41,162 bases of DNA from Mesobacillus sp. (GTDB lineage: Bacteria > Bacillota > Bacilli > Bacillales > Cytobacillaceae): assembly GCF_049588175.1 (NCBI RefSeq), contig NZ_JBAVFI010000111.1, positions 1 to 41,162 on the forward strand. The letters are read 5' to 3'. This document shows positions 29,848 to 39,578 of the stretch, piece by piece. Within the stretch, counting starts at the first letter, position 1; each line of letters opens with the position of its first letter. The position numbers and the translations under genes were made by a program. A model generated the notes under the pieces. It ran no database searches. It saw only the letters and a program-made list of their open reading frames with translations, and had not been told where the DNA came from.

Positions 29848-30030
29848 AATGAACAGGCAGGTCTCCTGGCTCATGGTCATCGCTTGCTGCGCCTTCCCAT
29901 ACTAGTACAGTGGCATTTTGCAGCTTGCTTCCATTTACAGTGGCGGGACCGCGTTGGATTTTCACCAACTTCCCTTTTAAGTCTTATTTTAATAAGGCTT
30001 TGCATAGCCTTAAAAGACACCCGATTCATA
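29848..30030 (-). promoter_or_regulatory. cobalamin (AdoCbl) riboswitch
   Basis: AAAAGGGAAGTTGGTGAAAATCCAACGCGGTCCCGCCACTGTAA...GCCACTG...GGGAAGG...GAGCCAGGAGACCTGCC (B12 box). Confidence 0.96.
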
Positions 30031-30116
30031 TGATTATGTAATTTTCCGCTAAATCCAATTATACACAATCGCGGAAAAAATGCTTGAAAAAAGATAAAAT
30101 TTCGATAAAAATCTGA

Positions 30117-30893
30117 TTATTGCGCCAGCAAACTCCATTCCTTCAGCTTTTTATCAAATATGAGTTTGCCATCGCAATTATTCCTGCTTGCCTCTTTGAA
30201 CTCTTCATACATATCGTCCATATTGGAAAAATCGCCGATGATCCAAATCGGTATTTCAAAACGGTTGCGGTTTTGCTGCATATTCTTGAGAGAAAATACA
30301 GCTCCTTCCTTCAAAGCCGGAGTCAGGGATTTTAGAATTTCCTTGCTGACAGAAGGATAGGATTTCTTTTTCCTGATCCCCAGCAATGTTTTCTCAGGCT
30401 TCAATTCGCCAAGTTTGCCGGCTATCACCATTCCGAGCATGCGGAAAAAGTCATTGAAGTTCCGGTAATACGTTTTATTGAACCAGCCATCTTCGTGAGC
30501 AAGATAAGCAAAGCGGTTGCCCAATTGATTATAGAATGGGAGCTTGAGATGATGCTTGATATGTCCAAGATAGAGGAGTTCCGCTATTTCCTGCCCTGTA
30601 AGCACATTCAACGCTTCTATTTCCTCAAAATCGATCCAGCAGAAATCACCGAAGGCATGTACATTTTCAACAACAAGTTTTTCCACACTATCTTCCGGGA
30701 CATATTCAAATAAGGTATGCCGATTAAATTCCCCATCCTCATATTGATGCTTCAGCAGCAGCAAATGATTGAGTGAATCCGATAGAGAGCGGGCAAATTC
30801 AAAAAATTCGATTCCGTATGAAAGTACATATTGATCCCGGTCGTTCAAATGGACATATACCATTTCCCGGTTATAAGGATGGTGCTTTTTCAA
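30117..30893 (-). CDS. hypothetical protein (about 258 aa)
   Basis: Long ORF; TTG start at LKKHH with GGAGG RBS; no function recognised. Confidence 0.75.
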   Translation of the reverse strand: MKKHHPYNREMVYVHLNDRDQYVLSYGIEFFEFARSLSDSLNHLLLLKHQYEDGEFNRHTLFEYVPEDSVEKLVVENVHAFGDFCWIDFEEIEALNVLTGQEIAELLYLGHIKHHLKLPFYNQLGNRFAYLAHEDGWFNKTYYRNFNDFFRMLGMVIAGKLGELKPEKTLLGIRKKKSYPSVSKEILKSLTPALKEGAVFSLKNMQQNRNRFEIPIWIIGDFSNMDDMYEEFKEASRNNCDGKLIFDKKLKEWSLLAQ

Positions 30894-31315
30894 GGGGCAA
30901 ACCTCCCGGACAATTTCTTGGCTGTGAAGATTGTTTATGGACTCAAATTCGCTAAAGAACGAGTTCGAATTCAGACAAAATTGAGCTCCACTTCCGTTCA
31001 TCATGACGCTCATTCCATTCTAACAAAAATCATTAAAAATATCTTATTTTGATACTCAATATTTTTTTGATATAATTGCAGCTTTTTGGATGAAAAAACA
31101 TCTTTATTATTGTCTATCACTAAGAAAAGAATCCCAAGTCTTTCAGCAGATCTCATTTAGCCTTTTCTGTCTATTTTTCAGCAACTAAATGCTCACTTCC
31201 TTCGTCTATTATTTCTGTATACAAAAATGTTCACGTCAGGGCATTGTAAGGATATTTTTTCTTTGTTAGCATAAATTTGTAAGTATCAAGAGACAATCCG
31301 GACAGGGTGTATGTT

Positions 31316-32500
31316 ATGGGAAATCCTTCGAAAAAGTATGATCGGTTTGACTGGACATTGACGTTCATTCTGATGCTGTTTTTTCTGACAAGCTGCGCAG
31401 CCATTTACAGTGCGCAGAAAACAGGGCAATACAGTGAGAACTTCATGTTCAAGCAAATATTCTGGTACGTGGTCGGCGCAGGTATCATCGGTGTTGTCAT
31501 GCAGTTTGACAGTGAGCAATACAGGAAGCTTTCCTGGTATTTATACGGCTTTGGCATTTTCCTTCTCATCGGATTGTACCTTGCTCCTGCCAGCATTGCT
31601 CCCCACATCAATAATGCAAAAAGCTGGTTTGTCATCGATCCAATCGGTTCAATCCAGCCTTCAGAATTTATGAAAGTCTTTCTGGTCCTCGCCCTCAGTA
31701 ATGCCATTTACATCCACCATGAAAAACACGAAAGAAAGTCCTTCCAAACAGACTTGCTCCTCTTTATCAAGCTTGGAGCGATTACTGCGTTCCCGCTTGG
31801 ACTGATCATGCTTCAGCCTGACCTTGGAACAGCACTTGTTATCCTTGCCATCTTCACCGGCTTGATTCTCGTTTCCGGCATCACCTGGAAAATCATTTTG
31901 CCGCTTTACGGCGGCGGTGCGGCGCTTGGTGCAGGAATTCTATATCTCGTAATCTGGAAACCTGAAATCCTAAAGGAATATTTAAAAGTGAAGACCTACC
32001 AGTTTGGGCGAATATATGCCTGGATCGATCCTGAAAGCTACCAGAGTGAGTATGGCTACCATTTGATCAAATCACTCAGGGCAATTGGCTCCGGGATGCT
32101 GACCGGCAAAGGATTCAGCGGCCGGGAAGTGTATATCCCCGAAAGCCATACAGATTTTATTTTCAGCGTGATTGGGGAGGAATACGGCTTCGTGGGCGGC
32201 AGCGTGGTTATCAGCCTCTTTTTCCTGCTAATCTATCATTTAATAAAAACAGCTTTGGATACAAACGATCCATTTAATACTTATATCAGCGCAGGTGTTA
32301 TCAGCATGGTCACTTTTCACGTCTTCCAGAATATTGGAATGACCATACAGCTGCTGCCCATCACCGGCATCCCTCTGCCTTTCATTAGCTACGGCGGCAG
32401 CTCGCTCATGGGCAATATGCTCGCCATGGGTCTGATCTATGGCATTCACTATCACCATAAAACATATATGTTTGCATCAAATGACAGGAGTTTTAGCTAA
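31316..32500 (+). CDS. rodA: SEDS family peptidoglycan glycosyltransferase (RodA/FtsW)
   Basis: AKSWF, IQPSEF.K, QPDLGT, IPESHTDFIF, TGIPLPFISYGGSS; paralog identity uncertain. Confidence 0.85.
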   Translation: MGNPSKKYDRFDWTLTFILMLFFLTSCAAIYSAQKTGQYSENFMFKQIFWYVVGAGIIGVVMQFDSEQYRKLSWYLYGFGIFLLIGLYLAPASIAPHINNAKSWFVIDPIGSIQPSEFMKVFLVLALSNAIYIHHEKHERKSFQTDLLLFIKLGAITAFPLGLIMLQPDLGTALVILAIFTGLILVSGITWKIILPLYGGGAALGAGILYLVIWKPEILKEYLKVKTYQFGRIYAWIDPESYQSEYGYHLIKSLRAIGSGMLTGKGFSGREVYIPESHTDFIFSVIGEEYGFVGGSVVISLFFLLIYHLIKTALDTNDPFNTYISAGVISMVTFHVFQNIGMTIQLLPITGIPLPFISYGGSSLMGNMLAMGLIYGIHYHHKTYMFASNDRSFS

Positions 32501-33369
32501 TGAAATTAATCAGCCATTATCGCGACAATGATCTTTTAAGAAAAAGTTTTATCGAACTCGCCCGTGAAATTTTCGGCATCAATTTTAGCAGCTGGCATGA
32601 ATGGGGGTATTGGAGCAACCGCTATATCCCTTACTCCTATGCAGACGGGGACAAAATCGTTGCCAATGTGTCAGTCAACAAGCTTGACTTTATCGTTGAA
32701 GGTTACAGATACAGAGCTTTGCAAATCGGAACAGTGATGACTCATCCTGATTACCGCAGCAAAGGACTATCCGCGAGCCTGATGAGTCAAATCCAGGAGG
32801 AGCACAAAGATCATTACGACTTCATGTACCTTTTTGCCAATGACAGCGTACTCGGTTTTTACCCAAAATTCGGATTTGAACGGGTGGAGGAATTTTTATA
32901 TACAGCGAAGACGGCTTCTCAGACTAGAGATGTATTGTTGCGGAAGTTGGATATATCCAATCCGGAGGACCTTCAGCTAGTTGAAAAAATGGTTTATGAA
33001 AGAATCCCTGTTTCAAAGGTTTTTGCCACAGCTAATTCTGGTGGCATCACGATGTATCATGTCTTGAATATATTTACAGATCACCTTTACTATTCGGCAC
33101 AGGACGATGCGATCGTTATTTTTTCAAAAGATGATGGCAAGGTTCAGCTGTTTGATGTAGTCAGCAGGGCGCCGGTAAACATTGAAAGGATTCTTGCTGC
33201 AATAGCCGATGGAGCCACAAACAAGATCGTGTTCCACTACACACCCGATTATGAAGAACTGAAATATTCACTCAGTCCATTTAAAAGAGATGGTGCCCTG
33301 TTTGTAAAAACAAACGGAGGTCTACCCTTTCCACGGCAGGCGAAACACCCTGTTACTTCTGAGGCATAA
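32500..33369 (+). CDS. GNAT family N-acetyltransferase
   Basis: QIGTVMTHPDYRSKGLS motif A, FYPKFGF; TAATG overlap with the SEDS gene. Confidence 0.88.
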   Translation: MKLISHYRDNDLLRKSFIELAREIFGINFSSWHEWGYWSNRYIPYSYADGDKIVANVSVNKLDFIVEGYRYRALQIGTVMTHPDYRSKGLSASLMSQIQEEHKDHYDFMYLFANDSVLGFYPKFGFERVEEFLYTAKTASQTRDVLLRKLDISNPEDLQLVEKMVYERIPVSKVFATANSGGITMYHVLNIFTDHLYYSAQDDAIVIFSKDDGKVQLFDVVSRAPVNIERILAAIADGATNKIVFHYTPDYEELKYSLSPFKRDGALFVKTNGGLPFPRQAKHPVTSEA

Positions 33370-33370
33370 G

Positions 33371-33400
33371 AAAAAGGCTGAGAACCCTCAGCCTTTTTTT
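33371..33400. terminator. bidirectional terminator (GNAT / TauE)
   Basis: AAAAAGGCTGAG-4 nt-CTCAGCCTTTTT. Confidence 0.85.
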
Positions 33401-34254
33401 GGTATTTGTTTTTTTTGATTTATTTTTACAAAAGAACGGGCAAAGAAATAGAGAATGAAAACACTCATGATTGTCAGCCCTGTTTTATTTAAAGCAAACA
33501 GCTTCAGCACGGCTCCTGCAAGTGTAGCAAGGTACAGCATGCCCAGCATCGCATTCATTTCCTTGTTTTGAAAATAACCCGTCAGTCTCGCGCCGAATTG
33601 AGAGCCAATCAGCCCGCCAGCGATAAGCATCAAGCCGATCACATAGTCGATATCGGTTTTGACAGCATAGGAAACGAAACCAACACTCACGATCAGGAGA
33701 ACAGCAAAAAGGCTTGTTCCAACTGCCTTTTTCGGGTTAAATCCAAGCATCGTGATGATCAGCGGTACAATGATGAAGCCTCCGCCTACACCGAGTGCAG
33801 CAGATGCGAAACCGCCGACAAAGCCGATCGAAAGTAATTTAGGCACCGAAAATGATTCGGGTGCAATGACACCTTCGTCTGACTTTTTGCCCTGGCGAAT
33901 CATACTAAACGCAAAATAAGCCAGCAATACTATATACATGAACGGAATCACGATATCATCCCAGCCGCGGGCTTCAAGATAATAAACCATCGGCCTCGCC
34001 AGCTGTGTAGCCGCAATTCCGCTCGCCCCCATGATCAGTCCCTCTTTCCAGAGGATATTTTTCAGCTTAATATGGGCTGTGATTCCCGATAGAGAGGTTC
34101 CAATCGTAAAAAACAAGCTTGTCGTGATGGCTTGAAGCGGAGAGAATCCCATCAGCAGCAAAATCGGCGTCAGGATGAACCCTCCCCCTACTCCAAAGAA
34201 TCCCGACAAAACACTGATCAGACCACCCAACACAAAGAAAATTATGTATTCCAT
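33388..34254 (-). CDS. TauE/SafE (TSUP) family transporter
   Basis: Duplicated GVGGGFI..P motifs, AVGTSL, about 9 TMs. Confidence 0.9.
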   Translation of the reverse strand: MEYIIFFVLGGLISVLSGFFGVGGGFILTPILLLMGFSPLQAITTSLFFTIGTSLSGITAHIKLKNILWKEGLIMGASGIAATQLARPMVYYLEARGWDDIVIPFMYIVLLAYFAFSMIRQGKKSDEGVIAPESFSVPKLLSIGFVGGFASAALGVGGGFIIVPLIITMLGFNPKKAVGTSLFAVLLIVSVGFVSYAVKTDIDYVIGLMLIAGGLIGSQFGARLTGYFQNKEMNAMLGMLYLATLAGAVLKLFALNKTGLTIMSVFILYFFARSFVKINQKKQIPKKG

Positions 34255-34377
34255 TTACAACATCCTTTAATATTCAAATTCTTCCTTAGGATACCATGTT
34301 CACTTGTATAATTGGCTCTAAACGATTCAGTAATGTTATACTTTCTACTAAATCAATTTTAAAGGAGTAACTGCTTA

Positions 34378-34956
34378 ATGTCTGAATGGATACATACTTT
34401 TGAAGATTGGCTGCTTGAATTCGGCTCTCTTGGACTATTTATCGTGTCCTTTATGGAGTCCTCCTTCTTTCCGATTCCGCCTGATGTTTTGATGATCCCA
34501 ATGGGAATTGCGAATCCTGACCGGGCGTTCTGGTACGCCTTCCTTACGACTGCCGGATCCGTTCTTGGTGCGCTGCTGGGATGGTATATCGGAAAAAAGG
34601 TCGGCCGGCCAATCCTGCGGTATTTTATAAAAGAAGAAAAAATAGTCAAGGTAGAACAGTATTTTGAGAAATATGGCGCGATGGCGATCTTAATTGCTGG
34701 CTTCACGCCTATCCCATATAAAGTATTCACGGTTTTTTCTGGAATCTCCCGAGTTAAGATCCCAACACTCATCATCTGGTCGATTATCGGCAGAGGAGCG
34801 CGATTCTTCCTTGAAGCAGCAATCATTGTTGCCCTTGGGGACAAGGCTATGCCGTTTATCCAAGAGAATTTCGCCATGCTGACAGCAGCTGTAGGCGGAG
34901 TGGCGATTGTTGGTTATCTGGTTTACCTTTTTGTACGCAAGGCCAAAAAAGCATGA
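34378..34956 (+). CDS. DedA/YqaA family membrane protein
   Basis: SFMESSFFPIPPD, GSVLG, AGFTPIPYKVFT, GRGARF; AAGGAG RBS. Confidence 0.92.
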   Translation: MSEWIHTFEDWLLEFGSLGLFIVSFMESSFFPIPPDVLMIPMGIANPDRAFWYAFLTTAGSVLGALLGWYIGKKVGRPILRYFIKEEKIVKVEQYFEKYGAMAILIAGFTPIPYKVFTVFSGISRVKIPTLIIWSIIGRGARFFLEAAIIVALGDKAMPFIQENFAMLTAAVGGVAIVGYLVYLFVRKAKKA

Positions 34957-34963
34957 TAAATTC

Positions 34964-34996
34964 AGCCGGGACCAGGCGACTGGTTCCGGTTATTTG
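34964..34996 (+). terminator. terminator after the DedA gene
   Basis: AGCCGGGACCAG-4 nt-CTGGTTCCGGTT followed by a T-rich tail. Confidence 0.7.
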
Positions 34997-35174
34997 TTAT
35001 GGGAGAGTTAGATAAAGAACCCTGAATCCCCTTCAAATCCTTACAATATCCAGCCTGATGATTTCTCCTGTTTGCTCATTCCAGCCCTTTTCCAGCGCTC
35101 GAAGATCCTTCGTTGAAGCATTCATATTCCTGAAGCCTTCCAAAATGTTTGTCAGAAGCAATATTCCCAGCCCT

Positions 35175-35199
35175 GTTTACATTGCCATCATTTGGGTAG
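35175..35199 (+). promoter_or_regulatory. candidate SigB-type promoter
   Basis: GTTTAC-13 bp-GGGTAG. Confidence 0.5.
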
Positions 35200-35305
35200 A
35201 TTAAAGTAAGCTTGCTAGCTAACTAAGATTTTTTCCTAATAGATTTATTATGTGCAGTGACAAGTTAGCTATATCAAAAAGCCAAATGAATAAGGAGTGA
35301 GAAAT

Positions 35306-36946
35306 TTGTACAATAATTTTAATAGCAATTGGGATGGCATCCTTGGCAAATTGCCTAATGTGCTGATCGCTCTTGCTGTCCTGTTGGTTGGATGGCTTGT
35401 GGCAAAATTGATTGAAAAAGCGGTTTACAAAGGGCTGCAAAAAACAAGTCTTGATAACAAGCTTTTTTCTAACATGAATAACAAGAAATATTCAGCAGAG
35501 AAAATCATCAGTAAAATTGTCTATATTTTGATTCTAGTATTCGTCTTCATCATGTTCTTGAATATCCTAGATTTATATATTCTTACAGAACCGCTCGTTG
35601 GAATGATTTCTACCATTACATCAGCGATCCCGAATATTTTAAAAGCAGGACTTATTCTATTATTTGCCTGGCTGATTGCTTCAGGATTGAAATTCCTGAT
35701 CCAAAAAGGCGGCAAGACTTTAGGTGTGCATGAAAAACTAAGCAAGTACAAGCTTACGGATGATAACATGCAAACAACAAGTGCAGTCGACAAGGTCGCT
35801 AAGATCGTGTTCTATCTAGTGCTGCTGATGGCATTGCCGGCAGTTTTATCAGCTCTTAATTTAGGTGGAGTATCTGAGCCGTTTGAAAACATGATTCAGG
35901 GTATCCTGAGCTTCATTCCTAAATTATTCGCTGCAGCGTTAATCCTCTTCGTCGGCTATTTGGTTGCTAAAATTGTCCGTGATATCCTGACGAACTTCCT
36001 GCAAAGCATTGGTACCGAAAAATTAGTCCAGCGTTTTGGATTATCTCGTTTATTCGAGGGTACAAGTCTTTCCCGCGTAATCGGCACAATTGCTTTTGTA
36101 TTCATCTTGATTCCGACTGTGATTGCAGCGCTTGAGCGCCTCGACATCGAAGGAATCTCAACACCAGCGATCGCTATGCTTAATGACATTCTGACGATGA
36201 TTCCTAACATCGCCGTTGCGATTGTACTAGTTTTAATCGGTATGTGGCTTGGCAAATGGCTTAAGAAGTTCACAACTGATTTATTAAGACGAATTGGTCT
36301 TGATTCCTATTTTAAAGGGATGGGCGTAGCTAAGCGTCCAAACTCATTAAATTTCTCTGAAATGATTGGCTATATTGTCCAAATTTTCGTTGTCCTTCTG
36401 TTTGTAGCGGAAGCACTGAATGTTGTTAAACTCGATTTCTTCGTGGGCCTCGCAACAGCAGTTATCGGTTATATTCCAAACGTTGTAGCTGCGCTCGTCA
36501 TCCTTGGTGTCGGCCTATGGCTTGGCAGTCTTGCGAAAAAGGTCCTTGGCAGCGTATTGCAGGGTGAGTCCTCAAACGTGCTTGCCACAATCGCAAAGTA
36601 TGCGATCATTACAATCTCTGTATTTATGGCACTTGACCAATTAGGAGTAGCTCCAGCTATTGTGAATGCAGCCTTCATCCTGACCCTAGGCGGACTCGCT
36701 CTAGCATTTGGACTCGCATTCGGTCTTGGCGGCAAGAACTTCGCTTCAAAATATTTGGCTAAGTTCGATGACAAAATTGAAAAAACAAGCATTAATAAGG
36801 CAGCGGTGCAGCAGCAGAAAGTGAAAAATAACAACCCTGTAAACCCTGTCACACCGCAAACGCCGCCGAATCTTAGCAACCTGAACCAGACAGGCCCTAA
36901 CAATCCATTGGATTTGAATAACAATCATGATCCGCTGAACCCTTAA
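35306..36946 (+). CDS. multi TM_helix repeat membrane protein (CmpX / mechanosensitive-channel associated)
   Basis: Five P-N/K-x-x-x-A..IL..GW..AK repeats, GLALAFGLAFGLGG end motif; TTG start 8 nt after AAGGAG. Confidence 0.85.
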   Translation: MYNNFNSNWDGILGKLPNVLIALAVLLVGWLVAKLIEKAVYKGLQKTSLDNKLFSNMNNKKYSAEKIISKIVYILILVFVFIMFLNILDLYILTEPLVGMISTITSAIPNILKAGLILLFAWLIASGLKFLIQKGGKTLGVHEKLSKYKLTDDNMQTTSAVDKVAKIVFYLVLLMALPAVLSALNLGGVSEPFENMIQGILSFIPKLFAAALILFVGYLVAKIVRDILTNFLQSIGTEKLVQRFGLSRLFEGTSLSRVIGTIAFVFILIPTVIAALERLDIEGISTPAIAMLNDILTMIPNIAVAIVLVLIGMWLGKWLKKFTTDLLRRIGLDSYFKGMGVAKRPNSLNFSEMIGYIVQIFVVLLFVAEALNVVKLDFFVGLATAVIGYIPNVVAALVILGVGLWLGSLAKKVLGSVLQGESSNVLATIAKYAIITISVFMALDQLGVAPAIVNAAFILTLGGLALAFGLAFGLGGKNFASKYLAKFDDKIEKTSINKAAVQQQKVKNNNPVNPVTPQTPPNLSNLNQTGPNNPLDLNNNHDPLNP

Positions 36947-36948
36947 TT

Positions 36949-37128
36949 GGCTTTTTTAAGGTAAATGCTGATTTTTAGCACCTGTTGATTGGAGCGGAGG
37001 GTACTCGACTCCTGCGGGATCAGCGGCCAAGGCGAGACCCCGCAGGAGCGACGCGACGAGGAGGCTCACCTGACGCCCCGCGGAAAGCGAGTGCCCGTAG
37101 CGGAAATCAACAGACAACATTAAAAAGC
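36949..37128. repeat. MITE-like Bacillaceae repeat, fuller copy (resembles the Bacillaceae-1 RNA motif)
   Basis: CTGTTGATT...GACTCCTGCGGG...GAGACCCCGCAGGAGCG..GCGACGAGGAGGCTC...GCCCCGCGGAAAGCGAGT...AATCAACAG nested inverted repeats. Confidence 0.82.
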
Positions 37129-37158
37129 ACAGCTGCTATACTGGCAGCTGTGCTTTTT
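37122..37158. terminator. bidirectional terminator
   Basis: AAAAAGCACAGCTGC-7 nt-GCAGCTGTGCTTTTT. Confidence 0.85.
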
Positions 37159-37165
37159 GTATGTA

Positions 37166-37390
37166 TTAACTGAAATTATCTATAAAAAAGATGACTATAA
37201 ATACTATGAAGGCATAAAAACTAAGATGCAATAGCACGGTAGTGAGAAAGTCCTTCAGTTTTTCAAATGAAATAGGTTCACTTTTCCTTGTTCTTGCTCT
37301 CATGGACCTTTTATCCTCCTTAGAAAATCTATCCAATCTCTCCATAACTTTGAAAATATCATAGCATATTCTAGTAATTTTGTACTTCAC
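37166..37390 (-). CDS. possible small protein with a C-terminal TM helix
   Basis: 74-aa ORF filling the intergenic gap and ending at a terminator; weak RBS, start uncertain. Confidence 0.4.
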   Translation of the reverse strand: MKYKITRICYDIFKVMERLDRFSKEDKRSMRARTRKSEPISFEKLKDFLTTVLLHLSFYAFIVFIVIFFIDNFS

Positions 37391-37520
37391 TTTTTTTTAA
37401 ATAGGCTACCCTGAAAATAAGGGAGCCTGCAAAGCTAATTTACATACCTTATGGTGCAAAGCTTTTGCATAACTCGTCTGTTAGGCGATAATGCTCCTGC
37501 AAAGCTTAAAATGTGCCCAC

Positions 37521-37557
37521 AAAAAACAAAGGACCCTCACAAGAAAGAGGGTCCTTT
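37521..37557 (-). terminator. terminator after the aldolase
   Basis: AAAGGACCCTC-8 nt-GAGGGTCCTTT followed by a T tract. Confidence 0.85.
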
Positions 37558-37562
37558 CGCGA

Positions 37563-38204
37563 TTATCGCTGGCCGTAGCTTTTAAATTTCTTCGCCAGCA
37601 GCTGCATTTCTTCTTCAGAAAGCAATGTCGGTTCACCAATCGCTTTTGCCTGATAAAAAATCTGGGCGCTGAATTCAATTTCTTCTGCGACTGTAAATGC
37701 TGTCTCAATATTATGGGCGCCAGCAATCATTCCGTGATTCGCGAGGAGAACTGCTCTTCTGTCAGTCATTCCTTCAAAAGCTTTTTCTGCAAGCTCCCTC
37801 GTCCCAAACGTAGCATACGGAGCGCATCTTACATTCGGGCCGGCAAATGCAACCAAATACGACACCGGCGGAATGTCCCAGCCAAGTGAAGCAATGGTTT
37901 TCGCGTAAGGAGAATGTGTGTGGACCAAGGCATTCAAATCGTCGCGGCGCTGGTAAAAAATCAAGTGCATATCCAGTTCGCTCGATGGCTTTTTGCTGCC
38001 ATCCACCACTTCGCCTTGCAAATTGATGATGACGACATCTTCTGGCTTGGTATCGAAATAATCGATCCCGCTCGGACTGATGGCAACCAGCTCTTTTTCA
38101 CGGTTAAAAATGCTGATATTCCCGCCAGTGCCCTTTGTCAGTCCGCTTGTAATGATTTTTTTGCCATATTCTACGACCTTCATCCGTTCTTCTAGAAGTA
38201 ACAT
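37563..38204 (-). CDS. drdA: class II aldolase, FucA-like; probable 5-deoxyribulose-1-phosphate aldolase
   Basis: GTGGNIS, SPSG, KPSSE, HTHS, NHG metal ligands; closely resembles B. thuringiensis DrdA as I recall it; next to an MtnK-type kinase. Confidence 0.82.
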   Translation of the reverse strand: MLLLEERMKVVEYGKKIITSGLTKGTGGNISIFNREKELVAISPSGIDYFDTKPEDVVIINLQGEVVDGSKKPSSELDMHLIFYQRRDDLNALVHTHSPYAKTIASLGWDIPPVSYLVAFAGPNVRCAPYATFGTRELAEKAFEGMTDRRAVLLANHGMIAGAHNIETAFTVAEEIEFSAQIFYQAKAIGEPTLLSEEEMQLLAKKFKSYGQR

Positions 38205-38247
38205 GGCCTAAAGCCTCTCTTTCAAAGTCTAGATTAGGAACGTCTTA

Positions 38248-39468
38248 TTATTGCACATTATGGCTCAAAGCTGAATCCTTTAATACACGTAAAAATTCAT
38301 CTCCAGTTTTAAAATTGGCAGCATTCAGGATGAATTGCTTTGCCGCTGTCAGGCAAAGTCTTTCTGCTTTTACCCGCTGCTGCTCGTCTGAAATGGTTGT
38401 AAGATCCTTGACCTTTGCCAAACCAGCGATGCGGCGGACCATTTCCATACCCGTTACAGACGCTGTATCCTTAAGGACAGTATCCAAATACCAGCGGTCA
38501 AAGCCTGGTTCTTTCGCCATAATCTCAGTGACATTTCGCTTCCAGCTTGCAAAGAATTTTTCAGCGAAAAGATCAACTGTATCTCTGATTGTCTCTTCTA
38601 ACCATGAAAGGTACTTCTCGTCAGCCTTCGTTACATACGCTCTTGACCACGCAAACATCAGGTTTGCGACCACGTTCCCTACGTCATAGCCCATTGGTCC
38701 GTAAAAAGCGAACTCCGGATCTATTACCTTAGTCGAATCTTCTTTTACAAAAACAGAGCCAGAGTGAAGGTCACCATGAACAAGAGCCTGGGCATTCGTC
38801 ATAAACGCGAATTTCAGCTTGGCCGCTTCAAAGCGCAATGCGTCATCTCCATAAATGTTCTGCTCAATCCATTCCTTGTTAGCCGGGAACAGGTCATTGC
38901 GATTATTATGGTCTGTAAAAGGTTCAGAGTATACTAGATCCTCGGAAATTTCGCACAATTCAGGATTGATGTAGTCCTGAACAAGAGCTTTCTTCTCCTT
39001 ATGTTCCATGACCACATCCGATGTCAGCAGCAGGGTATTTACCATAAATGTCGTCAGATCATCCGCAAGCTTTGGAAAAATACGCTCTTCCATCAGTGCT
39101 GTCCGCAGAATGGTATGGTCAGATAAATCTTCCATTACGCAGCAATTCATCACATTATCAAATAAATAAACTTCTGGAACAAGGCCAGGGGCCAGCTCTC
39201 CTTCAAGCTTCAAAACATTTGACTCGATCCTGATTCTGTTCGTTGAAAGTTTGAACTCATCGGAAATCCTCGCCGTGTCGCCTGCCTGTTTTACAATTAC
39301 GGATTTCCCAGACTCTTCATCTATCACACGAAATACATAGTTTAAATTGCCATCGCCAATTTCAGCGCATTTCAAATTATTAGAGCCGTCAAAAAAGCCG
39401 GTTTTGGATTTAACATATTGAATGACCTCGTCGGCATTCATCAAAAAGTAGGAATTAAAATCTGTCAT
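38248..39468 (-). CDS. mtnK: 5-methylthioribose / 5-deoxyribose kinase (MtnK family, DrdK-like)
   Basis: [42 protein letters not shown]. Confidence 0.92.
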   Translation of the reverse strand: MTDFNSYFLMNADEVIQYVKSKTGFFDGSNNLKCAEIGDGNLNYVFRVIDEESGKSVIVKQAGDTARISDEFKLSTNRIRIESNVLKLEGELAPGLVPEVYLFDNVMNCCVMEDLSDHTILRTALMEERIFPKLADDLTTFMVNTLLLTSDVVMEHKEKKALVQDYINPELCEISEDLVYSEPFTDHNNRNDLFPANKEWIEQNIYGDDALRFEAAKLKFAFMTNAQALVHGDLHSGSVFVKEDSTKVIDPEFAFYGPMGYDVGNVVANLMFAWSRAYVTKADEKYLSWLEETIRDTVDLFAEKFFASWKRNVTEIMAKEPGFDRWYLDTVLKDTASVTGMEMVRRIAGLAKVKDLTTISDEQQRVKAERLCLTAAKQFILNAANFKTGDEFLRVLKDSALSHNVQ

Positions 39469-39578
39469 GGTGTTGACCCCTTTCCCAAAAAACAATTATA
39501 GAAATCTTTTAAAAATTATTATATCTTGATTGAAACACTAATTCTATTAAAAAAGAAGACGGATTTTTTCCGCCTTCC

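Noticed and set aside
29613..30068. Four short ORFs upstream of btuF
   Set aside because: They overlap the riboswitch and the MITE-like repeat
35033..35161. About 42-codon minus-strand frame (LLLTNILEGFRNMNAST...)
   Set aside because: No convincing RBS or recognisable homology; could be a gene remnant but is unsupported
36985..37173. 62-aa ORF MIGAEGTRLLRD...
   Set aside because: Translation of the repeat element, a typical false hypothetical protein
37563..38204. Annotation as MtnB dehydratase or as fucose-pathway FucA
   Set aside because: Motifs are aldolase-like, and neither mtnWXD nor fucose genes are adjacent; the kinase context favours DrdA
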